From Mobula hypostoma (lineage: Eukaryota): DNA of 64,000 nucleotides. A model generated the notes under the pieces. That model saw nothing but the letters and a program-made list of their open reading frames with translations, was not told where the DNA came from and ran no database searches. Both the position numbers and the translations under genes were made by a program. The stretch's first letter is position 1. Every line of letters starts with the position of its first letter. Below are positions 23,618-35,939 of this stretch, piece after piece. The stretch spans positions 21,514,001 through 21,578,000 of the forward strand of contig NC_086106.1 of NCBI RefSeq assembly GCF_963921235.1, given 5' to 3'.

Positions 23618-25021
23618 CTGAGGGAAATTAAAAGAGGCAACACTATTACTTTACTATCGTTGCTGGACAGGGCACCCGTAGGAATAAGTGAAGGACGCAC
23701 ACCTGCTGGTTTCGTTGACAGTGTCTCCAGAATGCTTTCATTGCACTAGGCAATTTTTCCGACGACTTAATTTTGTGGAGAACTAATTATCCGATGGTGC
23801 AGGAGGAAAACAATGAAATGACCACATTTAAATGCTGGAAAATGTGAAACTTCACGGGAATTAATCAATAAAACATATAATGTTTATGAAACAATCTCCC
23901 AGAGCAGGCACCCAGAGAGATGGGGGATGTTCCTGTTCTATTTTGTAGCATTCTGTTTTTTTTTTTTTTGTTTTGTTTTTTTCGCTACCGTAAGGGAAAG
24001 ATGAACATGAAGAAAGATTACTGTACTCTCTGGAAATATTCTGCTCTTCGATTTAGTAGATTAATAGCCATGAGCCGGGAATTATTTGCAATCTTGGGAT
24101 GCAGACCTGTGGGGCAAGTACTGCACGTTGTTTAATTTGATACATCTCGGTGTAAATAAATCCTAACCATTTGGTACAATGCACCCCAATGCTGCAGGAG
24201 CCCAGCAGCGCGGAGCGTCTATGGAAAAGAATGCACAGGTGATGCACTGGGCAGAGTCAAATTATCAGGATATTCATAGATGTTATTTGGCTTGCGGTGT
24301 TCCTGTAGACTTTCTCGTGTGTTGGTTTGGTTTCCAGCATCTGCAGATTTTCTCTTGTTTCCCCAATCGTTGTGCCAAGTCATCCTCTGTTTTACTTACA
24401 ATTCAGTCAGTTTTCATTTTTTATTTTATTTTTTGATACTGATTGTTCTACTTTTACTGCATATGGTACATATGCTGTCATCTTAAAATGTTCTCACACA
24501 AGCTGAGAGATGTCGCTTGCATTGCAGTTTACACGCGGGTGTCAGGCTCATTCGTAACTGGGCGTCTCCGCTGACTATTTGTGTCTATAGTTCCTCCATA
24601 ATATGAAGTTACTTTCTCAATCTTTCAACATGCAGATTCTCTGTACCGGCACCAGCTCTTAGCACAGAATTTCCGTGTAAATTCCTGTCCTACTTGATAG
24701 AGCAATGTGCAGACAAAAGATCAGCATTTCCTCTTCTGCCCCCAAACCTCCTACGAGTAACACAGAAGGCTACCCGCATATGTCAATTAACCATTGCCGC
24801 TTCTCCCGAAATGCATGGCTACAGAGAAGCGCTGTCCTTACAATAATTGTACCTTTTCTAAGACGGGGTCATGGTTCCCAATCTAAAGGCGTTATTCTTT
24901 GTCAAGCAGAACGTTATAGCTTCTATCTCTAGTAATCTCAAACTTGATATCTTCAGCGAAACTGCCCTTGCAAGATTATTGAAGAAAAGGCTTTATAAAT
25001 TTGGCCTGTTCAGATACTTAC

Positions 25022-25076
25022 CGACTGTGACAGTGACTTTGGACCCGGTTCCATCAAGGTAGCGAGTGTCGTAATT
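25022..25076 (-). CDS. NAR-TCR J segment, cassette 2
   Basis: NYDTRYLDGTGSKVTVTV + G|gtaagt. Confidence 0.92.
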
Positions 25077-25115
25077 CACCGTGATCCATCTGACAGTCTC
25101 ACTGTTACAAGAATC
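25077..25115 (+). other. 23-RSS of NAR-TCR J, cassette 2
   Basis: CACCGTG + 23 nt + ACAAGAATC. Confidence 0.85.
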
Positions 25116-25428
25116 ATCCTCACCTTTGTGTAATCATCAGTAGTTCTTGGACAGTCTACAATAGTTCCAGATTTCTAGAACATGCAAAACACAGCATCCA
25201 GTGTTCCACAACCCCCCGTGAATTTACCTTTGAAAAAGAAAACCCTGTAAACTGGACACTTCGTATTTTCCGAATGTCGGTTCCTTCAACGGCAGCAAGT
25301 GCCAAAAAAAAAAAAAAAAAATCTGAAGGGGCAAAGTATAGTGGGATTCACCAGATCACAGAGTGAAAATAATTCAATATATAATTCTATTTTCCCGACT
25401 CCAAAATAGATAATTTATCTGGGCAGAA

Positions 25429-25495
25429 GTTTCTTGTTCGATTACCCTCCGTTGTGTGTTCCATACCCACGGTGTTTCAAGTCAGGTCCAAATCG
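25429..25495 (-). other. NAR-TCR D segment (25457-25467, GGTATGGAACA) with 12/12 RSSs, cassette 2
   Basis: 3' RSS CACAACG-12-ACAAGAAAC; 5' RSS CACGGTG-12-TCCAAATCG. Confidence 0.8.
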
Positions 25496-25807
25496 CAGAA
25501 CAGGACTGGGCCGGCGATAAAGTCTTCCCAACTACTATTCCAGCTTCCATGTTATTGGAGCAAGATCCCGTCTTAAGTAAGGGATTGGGGAGGGGGGGGG
25601 GGATCGTTCTCAGTTGCTGCTTGCTACCCAGTTTTTGGGAAAGATGGTTTTATGCATGCAAACTCAGTGAGATAAGAACTACAGTATGAACACTGAACTT
25701 CCAGTCTCATTACAAACTCTATTGAATGGAACGCAGGCGAAGTGCCTACTGGAATTATCAGCAGATTAACTCCGCTCCTTAAGGTGTAGATGGGATAATT
25801 TACAACG

Positions 25808-25847
25808 CTTATTTGTGTACGGCGGGAATCGCTTTCCCAGCTCTGTG
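25808..25847 (-). other. RSS of NAR-TCR V, cassette 2 (23-class, spacer reads 24)
   Basis: CACAGAG + 24 nt + ACAAATAAG. Confidence 0.75.
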
Positions 25848-26135
25848 TATATTTATATTCAACTTTACAGAAATAGGTGGCGCTGTCCATAACTACGAGA
25901 TTCGTAATTTTCAAGGTAACTGTCATCTCTGCTTTATTTTCTGTTATACTATATCTTCCTCCTGTGTAGATACGCTCCCAGTCCGTCCTTTGCTGCGTAT
26001 ATTTGAAGAAATGCCCAGTTACAAAATGATTGTATTTCTGCTGATCAGGACGGAACTTGCATGTGATGGTAAGGGACTGGCATTCATTTCTTGTTACCAC
26101 TGTCGGGCTCTGGGTCACGGACTGGCAGAAGAAGT
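25848..26135 (-). CDS. NAR-TCR V (IgNAR-like V) exon, cassette 2; open frame
   Basis: Acceptor ttccag|AC; HFFC-QSVTQSPTVVTRNECQSLTITCKFRPDQQKYNHFVTGHFFKYTQQRTDWERIYTGGRYSITENKAEMTVTLKITNLVVMDSATYFCKVEYKY; 288 nt. Confidence 0.93.
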
Positions 26136-26282
26136 CTGGAAAATAAGAAAATGGAGATGAAAAGCGTAATTAGACGCGAAACACGCAAGACGGCTGATAC
26201 AATGAGTTCATGAATTTCTGAATTTACTTGTTCAGTTTTATATTTTACTCGCACATTGCGGAAAATTGTGACCAGTACTCAC

Positions 26283-26325
26283 GGCGAAAGCAAAGACACA
26301 GCGTGACATTCAAGAGAAAGTTCAT
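26283..26325 (-). CDS. Leader exon of NAR-TCR V, cassette 2
   Basis: MNFLLNVTLCLCFR + C|gtgagt, phase 1. Confidence 0.9.
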
Positions 26326-26350
26326 CGTTTCGTCTCCGGGTGTCAGATGG

Positions 26351-26444
26351 TGTACATGACGGAGAGCTAGAATGCTGTGGCAGGGTATTCTTCAGAACTG
26401 GGCAGAGACAACTCCTCCAGTTGCTGTTCTGGAGTTATGCAATT
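26351..26444 (-). promoter_or_regulatory. Putative promoter, cassette 2 (TATA altered)
   Basis: TGTACA replaces TATAAA at 26351-26356; TGACG at 26357-26361; octamer-like ATGCAATT at 26437-26444. Confidence 0.45.
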
Positions 26445-28214
26445 GCTGCGCTGTTTCAGATTTACCTCTTGTGGGAGAAAACGTCATAATTTAATGAGCA
26501 ATAGCTGAGATTCCGTCTCCACTCAGGTTGTTTGCAAGCTCCTCCCTTACTATTTTAACGCCAATAGGGGTAGTGTCTCGTCCTCTGAATAAATAAGAAA
26601 AGATGGGGGAGGTGCGAAAAGGAAATTGAATATTTTACAGTCCAGGGTGAAAGGAAATCTCGTCAAGATAACTGTGAGCGTCAGCAGGTTTGTAAAGATA
26701 TCTGCAGATGGTTTCCAGATGTCTCCAGGAATGGTGGCAAAGAGATTGAAAACGGCAAGCAACGTGTCAGAAATGCACAATAATTTGTTGACTGCTGTGG
26801 AGGATGGAGACAAAGTTGATGACATTGAACATATCAGCAAGGGTGCACCAGTGCAGTCGTCCATGTAGCACAGAAAGAGTTGAGGGTCGTTGGACCGTTA
26901 CCAGTGTAAGCTAGGAATATTGACATGTTTACGGAGGTAACGAGAATAAAGGCAGAGCAGGGAAAGGGAGTGGGGGGAGCATGCAGCTTCATATGGCTAT
27001 CAGTGGGTTTGTAGAGTTAGGAGGAGTCGAAAGCAAAAAAAACTGGGGTGTGTGTGTGAAAAACAGCTCTTCAATGTTGTTCGGTTTTTATGCTCTTTAT
27101 TTGAGATGTAATGGTTGCGATTAACTAAGACTGCGGTGTGACCAATTTCGCCGAAATGTTTTCTCCATAGAGACAGCAACATCACTTGCATTATCAACAA
27201 AGCCAACTGTTCGTAAGCTCACTCAGCTCTCCTCACTATGACAAGCAGTTTAACCCATGTACTTCTGCACTGGTCCGAGTATGTTGTCCGTTCACCTCAA
27301 TAACAAATATTGCTCAAGGACTGTGGGGCAATTATACCACAGTCTTTATTTTTCAGCTTGATAGATGGTGCTGATTAAAATGCAGTGCGTGAATGAATTT
27401 GCATTTTTATTTCAACAAATATCCAAGGAAGTCATGCAGAGTAGCGAAGTGAAGCGAAACAGCCTCTCTGTCTCTTTTTCTCTGACATCGTTATCATATG
27501 TACACAATATCACTCTAACGGTCACTATGACTCACTCCGTCACTCTCCCTTCCCTATAAGCTACTGTCATGTTTTGAGTCATGGAAGCGGAAGGAGCAAC
27601 TATTCTCTTGAAGTCTGGAAAAGGAACTCATCACGAGATAGAAACTATCGGGTGTAATTTATTGCTATCGACTGTAATGTTTTCGTGATGCCTTCATTTC
27701 CTAATACAGATATATCATGTCATTTCCTATGCTTGTTGGACAGTGTTTCTTTCCCGTTCATCAGCGCTACAAGGTGTCTACCGGGGACTCATGCACAACA
27801 CGTTTATCAACGAATTTCCAATCTTAATTTTTGAAATATTAACAAATATGCGAGGGAACAAATGTTCTTTGCATATTGTGTATGTCTGTGAGTAGGTACA
27901 TATGCATCTGTGTATATGTGTACGTGTCTGTGTATGCGTGTATATGTTTGTATGTATGTCTGTGTGTGTGTGCTGCAGTCTCTGGATGCTCATTTTCAAT
28001 GGTATGTTCAGATAATAAGGAAATACTGAAATATAAAAACAATTCTTCTGGCTGACAGAAAGTGCACTCACTGAGATTTGGAAGCAGTTTCGCTTTCTTC
28101 TCGAATTATACCAGTAGTTTCCAGATGTGGCTATTATTTTTAACCGCTTCAGAGGCAAAGGTAGAATAAAGAGTTCATAAAATACATGGCATTTAAATTG
28201 GATAGAGGAAGAAG

Positions 28215-31210
28215 AGAATAAGACCTGGGAACAGCCTGCTCCGCCATTAAATCATGGCTGATTTTTTTTTTGCTTCCTATCAACCTCATTTCACGGCCAT
28301 TTCCCCGGAACATTCCATGTCACGTCTAATCAAAAACCTATCAATCTCTGCCTTGAGTGCACCAAACGACCTGCCTCCACAGCTGAATGTGGCAACAAAT
28401 TCCACAAATTCACCACCCTCTGCCGATTGATATTTCTCGGAGCCTCTGTCATTAATGGACGGCCGTCTATCCTAAGGCTGTGTCTCCTTGTCCCAGAATC
28501 TCCCAGAATCCTATCCACATCTACTCTGCGTAGGCTTTTGAATATGCAAAAAGTTTAAATTAGATCCCCCCTCATCTCTCTAAATTCCATCGAGTACAGA
28601 GCCAGAACCATCAAACATGCATCGTATGATAACCCTTTCATTCCTGCAATCATCCCTGTGTACCTACTCTAGACACGCTCCAATGCCAGCATATATTTTC
28701 TAAGATGGAGACCTCAAAACTGCTTACAATACTGAGGATGAGGCCTCACCAGTGCCTTCTACAAGCTCAGCATGACAACTCTTGTGTTCTAGTCCTCTTG
28801 AAATGAATCCTAACATTACAGTTGCCTTCCTTACCCCCGACTCAACCTGCAAATTAACTTTTAGCGTGTTCTGCACAAGAGCTCCCAAATCCTTTTGCAT
28901 CTCAGATTTTTGGATTTCCTCCCCGTTTACAAAATTGTTCGCACATTTATTTGTACTACCAAATTACATGACCATGCATTGTCCAACATTATTTTTCATT
29001 TGCCACTATCTTGCCCATTCTTCTAATCTGTCTAAGTCTTTCTGCATCCTACGTATTTTCTCAAAACTACACGCCGCTGCACCAATCTTCGCATCGTCTG
29101 TAAACATAGCGACAAAGCCATCTATTTCATCATCTAAATCATTTATATATAGCATAAAAAACCGGTCGGAACACCGATCCCTGCAGAACACCACTTGTCA
29201 CTGACATCCAACCAGAAAAGGATCCTTATTCCCACTCGCTGCCTCCTACCAAGCAGCCAATGCTCTACTGATGTCAGGACCTTTCCTGTAATGCCATGGG
29301 CTCTTACATTGGTAAGCAGCCTCCTGCGTGGCACATTGTCAATGACCTTCTGAAAGTGTAAATATACAACAACTCCTAAATCCCTTTATCTGTTGTACTT
29401 GTAATCAGGTAAAATATTTACAACAGGTTTGTTAAGCAACTTTGTCTCTTGAGGAAACAATGCTGACATTTTTATATCTTGTCCTGTGTGATCAAGTACT
29501 CAATCACCTCAATTGACTTAACAATTGACTCTAACATCTTCCAAATAACTGAGTACAGGATAAATGTTCTATACTTTCTTTCTATCTGCCTTTCTCATCT
29601 CAATTTTGTAGTCATCTGGCAATGCCAGAGACCAAAGATGTTTAATCAATCATTGCTAACGCCGAAACAAGTTGGAACGCTATCTCTGTCAGAACCTTTG
29701 GTGCAATTCATCGGGTCCGGGTGACTTATGCACTTTTTGTCTTCCAACGATTTGAGCACATACTCCCTTTTAACAGTATCTGCACCCACTTCTCTTCTTT
29801 CAAACACTGCAAAATCTGACACACGGCTCGTGTCTTCCACAGAGAAGACTGATGAAAAAATACTCATGCAATTCATCTCCCATCTCCTTCTCCCATTTTA
29901 TTATTTTTCCTGCCTCATTTTCCAGTGGACAGGTATCCACTGTCAGCTCTATTTTACTTTTTTAACATACTTGAAAAAGCTTTTTCCATCGACCTTAATC
30001 TTACCTGCCGGCTTGCATTCATATTTCAACGTTTTCATTCTAATGATTCTTTTAGTTGTTCTCTACAGTTTGAGAAAAAAAGAATCGTCCATCTTCCCAC
30101 TGTTATTTTCTTTGGTGGACTCCCTGTCTTTTATTTTTACATTAGATTTTACATTCCTTTTCAGCCATGGTTGTAGTATTTTGCCCTTCTAAGTATTTCT
30201 GAAATTTTAGATTACACATGCCCTGCATCTTCCTCTTGTTTGCCAATAAATGCACGGCATTGCTGCTCTGCTGATATTCCTGCCACAAGATCCCTCCAGT
30301 TAGTTTATCGAACTCCTCTCTCATACAACTATAACTTCCCTTACTCCACTGAAATACAGCTACGTCAGACTTTACTTTCTCTCGATCAAGTTTCTAATTG
30401 TGGTCACTGGTTCCGAAAGAGTATTTTAATTTAAGCTTCCTGATCGTGCCGGTTCATTACATGACACCCATCCTAGTATAGGTGATCCCCTAATAGGCTC
30501 AACGAGAAACTGCTCTATAAACCCATCTCTCAGGTATTCAACAAACTCATTCTCTTGAGTTCCTTTGCCAACCTTATTTTCCCAATCGACATGCATATTA
30601 AAATCTCAAATGACTATCATATAACTGCCCTTTTGAAACGTCGTTTCCGTTCTGTACTGTACTGTGTGGCTCAACTGCCAGCCACTGTTGTGAGGCCTGT
30701 ATAAAACATCGATCAGGGTCTTTTTTTTGTCTTGTAGTTTCTTAACTCTACCCACAAGGATTTAACATATTCCGATCCTATGTCACAAATTTCTGCTGAT
30801 TTGTACTGATATATTCTACGGATTTTCCATATCATGCCTTCTGAACTATACAGTACCGATTAAACAGTTGTTGTTGTTATTATTTAAATTATTATTATTT
30901 CTCTGTAAAGTTGGTGTAATTTCCGCTGCGTACGTCATGCACATAAAATTTCTAATCAGCTTAATCACGTGGCCGTCCCACCCAACTTTTGAGTCTGTTG
31001 TTCTGGATGTCTCCACCTAACCTGCCTTTTTCTTTGGAAAATTGCAGTATCAGGTCATGGACTGTAATGGTTGGACACCAGAATAACAATAGATCCACGA
31101 TATTGGAGCGTCTGTTTCGAATGAGGGTTTCATGGTCTATAGAGTTATTGACATAGGGGTCATCGCATGGAATTGCTGAGTTACAGACATTGAGAACATT
31201 ATCCCACTCT
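28215..31210 (-). mobile_element. Old CR1 LINE (about 3 kb, decayed), shared insertion with unit 1
   Basis: MLYINDLDDEIDGFVAMFTDDAKIG, LLTNVRAHGITGK, FSSVFSVED; 3' end at the same flank as 15655. Confidence 0.85.
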
Positions 31211-32399
31211 TCTTATTTAATGTCACTTCTGCTGAGGAATTCCTTGTAGTAAAGGTGTAAATCTTCATGAATTATATCAGCGAATTAGTTGCTGGTGGCG
31301 TGGTTTTGGGAAAGTGATATTGATGGCGTAAAAGTCCTTGTTTTAAAACAAATCTCAATCTTGAAGATACAGTGGAACACTCCGAGCCTTTTTTTTTTGA
31401 TGTGTGACATTATTTCTTGCTACACTACCACGTTGAAAGCCAACACTGCAAACCCAGTTGTTTTTTTGTTGGAGGCAGCGCCACTCGTACACTGTACAGT
31501 ATTTAAGTCGCGCTATAGAAAAGAGCGTAATCAGAAACAAAAATAGCAACGACCCAATCTTTGCAACATTTCGTAAAACTGGTTGGAGTGCTGCACTGAC
31601 AATTCGCACTACTGAGAATTATGGCTTCGCCCTGCCTCTCAATGCAATGAACTCCACACTCATGGAATGTGCACGGTTATGTACTTGCAGCGAATTCTGG
31701 GAATATACTGGGTTATTTTCGAGATGTGATGTTTGTTTCAAGTTGCCAAAAATGCACCATGCAGCGCGTTTTCTTTTCCTTCAGTACTGCAACTCTCAAA
31801 AATAATTTTGCATAGGAAGGATTTGTCTACTCATTTCGTGTATTAATCATTATTTAATAACACAGGTGCTTCTAATTTTGCATCTTCTCGAAATTCATTG
31901 CTAAGCTCCAAATCCTGGACCTCCATACATCTGTGTGCAAACTATTGATTTTCTCACTTGCTGACACCAGCCGGTACGGATTTGCATCAGATCTCTTCTA
32001 CACTCCCTATCACCAGCAGTGCACCACAAGTCTTTGCGTTTGGCTTGTTGTTTTACCAATTATTTTACACGAAATGATTGCATGGCTAAGTGTTTCAGGA
32101 ATTTCGTATTTAAGACAACTGATGAAGCCACTTGGGTCTGTCAAACTAAACGTAAGCATGAATCAGCAGGTAAAAGAGCAATTGAAATTTTGTTTGAATA
32201 GTGCCAGGACTACCAGGTCGTGTTCAGTTGAAGAAACCCATAGTCCATGAGAAAGTCCTCATTACTGAATCCAAGGTACGCAGCTACACACACAAATGCT
32301 GGAAGAACACCGCAAGTCACGCAACATCTATGAAAAAGTGTATAACAAAATTCTCGAAGAAATCAGCGAGCCAGGCATCATCTATGAAAAAAAAAATAC

Positions 32400-32850
32400 T
32401 TGGCGTTTCAGGCCGAAGTCGTTCGGCAGGACAGATGAAGAAAATGCTGAGGAGGTTATTTGAGAGGTAAGGGGATAGAAGGGAGAAACAGCAGGCGATT
32501 GGTGAAACTTGGAGCGGGACGGATGAAGCAAAGAGCTAGGAAATTGACTGGTGGAAGAATGTCAAGGCCCTGAAAAAAAAGTAAAAAGGTGGGTGATGTG
32601 GTGGTGCACCAGATGGAAGCGATGGGCGGGCCAAGAGACACAAGGGGAGGGGAAAAAAGGGATGGGAAATGGCGAAGTGCGGCGGGCGAAGACATTACTG
32701 CAATTATGATAAATCGATGTTCATGCCATGAAGTTGGAGGCTAGCCAAAAGGAATGTAAGGTGCTGTTCTTCCAATTAAAGTGTGGCCTGATCAAGTCAG
32801 CGGAACAGTCGATGGATGGACATATCGGAATGCCATATACGTGCAGAACT
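32400..32850 (-). mobile_element. Diverged Penelope-like 3' fragment
   Basis: cgtttcaggccgaag..gtcagg-like terminal motif and atgttcatgccat..gttggaggcta..ggaat block matching 62270-62680. Confidence 0.55.
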
Positions 32851-35800
32851 AAAAAGCCGAACATTCAACTGACACTTAGGTAATTGTGAGGATGGTCCCT
32901 CCTATATCTGGAGCATCCTTTTGTAATGGTACTTTAGCAATCTTCGGGACCTCAGTGTGAAGATAAGCCCGTGATGAGAAAGTAAAGTTAAAAAGTCTCT
33001 TGCACGTGCTATTCTTATACCCCCGGGTCACCATGAACAGAACACAACTGCCATAGCGAACAAGGAAACCAAAGGGAAATATGTGCTTCAAACATCAAAA
33101 TGATAAACCAATCAACAACCGCCACAGTAGCAGCGGCTTTAAACCGGCAAGTAATATAACGTTTACGTTACAGTTCATGAATAAACTTGAAAGACAGACA
33201 GAAGTGATTATCTTGTACAGGTAGCAATTGCATTTCGCTCGATGCTGGTACATAGTTCACTCGGCTGACGCAGTCCTGAGCATCATAAAAAAAGGACTGT
33301 GGGAAAGGAGGAGCTTTTTTGTCAAATTCCATATCAAAACATATCATGTCCATACTTTTTTTTTCAAAATCGACTTTGAAACCTATTACCTCCTCTACCT
33401 CGGATGCATTGCCAGAAATGGTGTTTGAGGATGATAAAACATAGACATTGACATTCTTCTGGATAAAGATTTTACCTCCTGGGGTCCACAGTTCCCTTGA
33501 TGAATGGTGTTGTTCCATGCCACAAAAAAGGGGTAGGTGCCCCGATCCTAGATAGTCGCATGCTAAAAAATGGAAGGTTAACAGCAAAATTACGTAGTGC
33601 GAATGCTGGAAAGGGTTAGAGCATTAAATGCCTTGAATCTGGTCTTCTCGGCATTAGTGTCATCTGAGCGTCATCTCAAATTTCTATTCCCATTTTTCTA
33701 GGTTATATTTTCCCGTTGCGCTTCTGAACTCTTTTAAAATTTGCCTTGAATATATTCAAATAACTATTCACCTGAGTCTTAAAAGAGACTTTTCCACAGA
33801 TTCTGGAGTCTGAGGTATATAAACAGAAAGAAACGTGCACTCCTTTCCAAAACCAACGACTACAAGTAAATTGTATTTTCCATGGTGATCCTGCCTCTCC
33901 ATGTATGATCACGACAACATTCTCGAGGCAGATTCAATATTAATTTTGTTCACATCTCCTGCCTCCATGTTTCATTGGTAGGTAGTGGACGATTTGAGGC
34001 GAAATGTTTATATTCACACGGTGAAAATAAAATAATATTATGTTTATTCCTTGTACCTATCGTTCTATAAATCCAACAACAGCCAAAACGTAAACCCTTC
34101 TACCTCTGCACTCCTAAATCATACACGACAGGTATTTAGAGCGCACATCAAACGAACTAACGGGTTTTCTCATTATACTCCCTTGCGTGGTTTGGTGTTT
34201 CGGTATCTACCAGATCAGATTAAGTATCTTCTATGTAGTAAATTTACCTAAATGAATCAGTGATGAAAATAACATAGAAGTATAATCATCACTTAAATGT
34301 AACTGGAAATATTTTCCTAATGTTAATTACATTCAACGCGGTCGTGATGTTGGAAAAAAAATGTAGAATCCTGAATTTGGTTTTGTGGCATGAGGTAGAT
34401 TTGATGAAAAAGTGAAGGGAAATGAAGCATTAGTGGTCCGTGATGACAATATCATAACATTCACCCAACAATTTGAGAGTGAGAGCCTGATATTGATGCA
34501 TGGCTATCAGAAAATCTAACTACAAATATATCAGAGAGGAGATTCCCACGTGTAATGATAAGAATATGACGGCAGAACAGCATTGTTTAAGTAAGTAACA
34601 AGTAGCAGCGACAAAGGAGAATCAGTGTTCTTCAACAAGGAATGCCACACGAGCGTACCATCAAGATGGGAGCCCCAAATATTATAGAAAATGTGCAATG
34701 CAGTTTTAGTCCTGTGTTCTCCTAAAATATTTGTATTTATTTCCAAATTCTATTTGGCCCCTGCATGTTGCTTACTTCGACCATTCTTACTCTGCAGATG
34801 ATTCCTGCAGACGATGCTCCATGTCTGTAGCTATGATAAGATCTCTGCTCAGCAGTGCCACTTTCCAGTTCTTTTAACTCATCTCTTCTCTTTATGAGAT
34901 ATACGTAACCGTAGCTGCCAGTAGACATTTCTGCCTTTATGAACGCCAAGTCTTTGTCATGGCCACTACTTTATAGCTCGATATACTGAACCTATATACC
35001 TGTGTTTATCGTTCTGGTTACTGCTAATTCTCGCACTAAAACAGACACATTTCAACCCATACAACTGATTGTAATTATGACTGTTCCACTACATATCCTT
35101 TACTGCATTTTCTCCGAAGTCAGCAACTACCTTTGCTCCAACTGTACTGGAGTGTTACATAGTGCAGTAGAGCACAGTACAGGCCCTTCGGCTGACAATG
35201 TGGTGCCGACCCTTTACACTCTGCCTCCCATGTAATGCCCCCTCTTTAGAATCCTCCTTGTACCTGTCTAGTAGTTTCTTAATCGCTCTGTTATTAGATC
35301 CCATTCCAATCCAACTTCTTGGTTGGAAGCCTTTATTTTTCCCCAGTCAACGAAGAGCTCTTATGTTTGGATCGACAGGTTCTATAGACAGACTTTACTT
35401 GAGCTCTTCTCTACCTGAATGTTTCACAAGGGAACAGAATTTTGTATGTTTCCAGTACTTCAGGGTTACTCTTTTGCCGAGCTCCAGGCAATGTACTTCC
35501 CGATATAGAGTACGTCTTTTCTTTGTAAACATTGAGTACTCTTACAATATATTATGCTCTATTTGTGTTTGTACCATATTCAGACAGTTTAATATGACAA
35601 AAATTCATTATACCATATGTTTATGAGGATCTTTGACGGTCGGCTGAACTCGCTGAGTATAGATTGAGAGGAAATATGTGCCACCCGTATGGACAGACAG
35701 AAATAAGAACGTTAACTTAACTGGGAATTCAGAAATTCCAATACCCGTGTTGTTTATTTCTGTGCTGTAACTTCTGCCAAAATGTCAGCAAACGAACCAC

Positions 35801-35939
35801 AGCTCTGAGTTTGCAAGTAAACTTTTCTTTTTTCTCTAGCACGTTGTTGATGTGATGTTCAACTGTTCTCCTTTTCCATGTCTATACTGGATCCCACCAT
35901 TGTGCACATCACACAGTCCCTTTACCCATTTCAACATAA

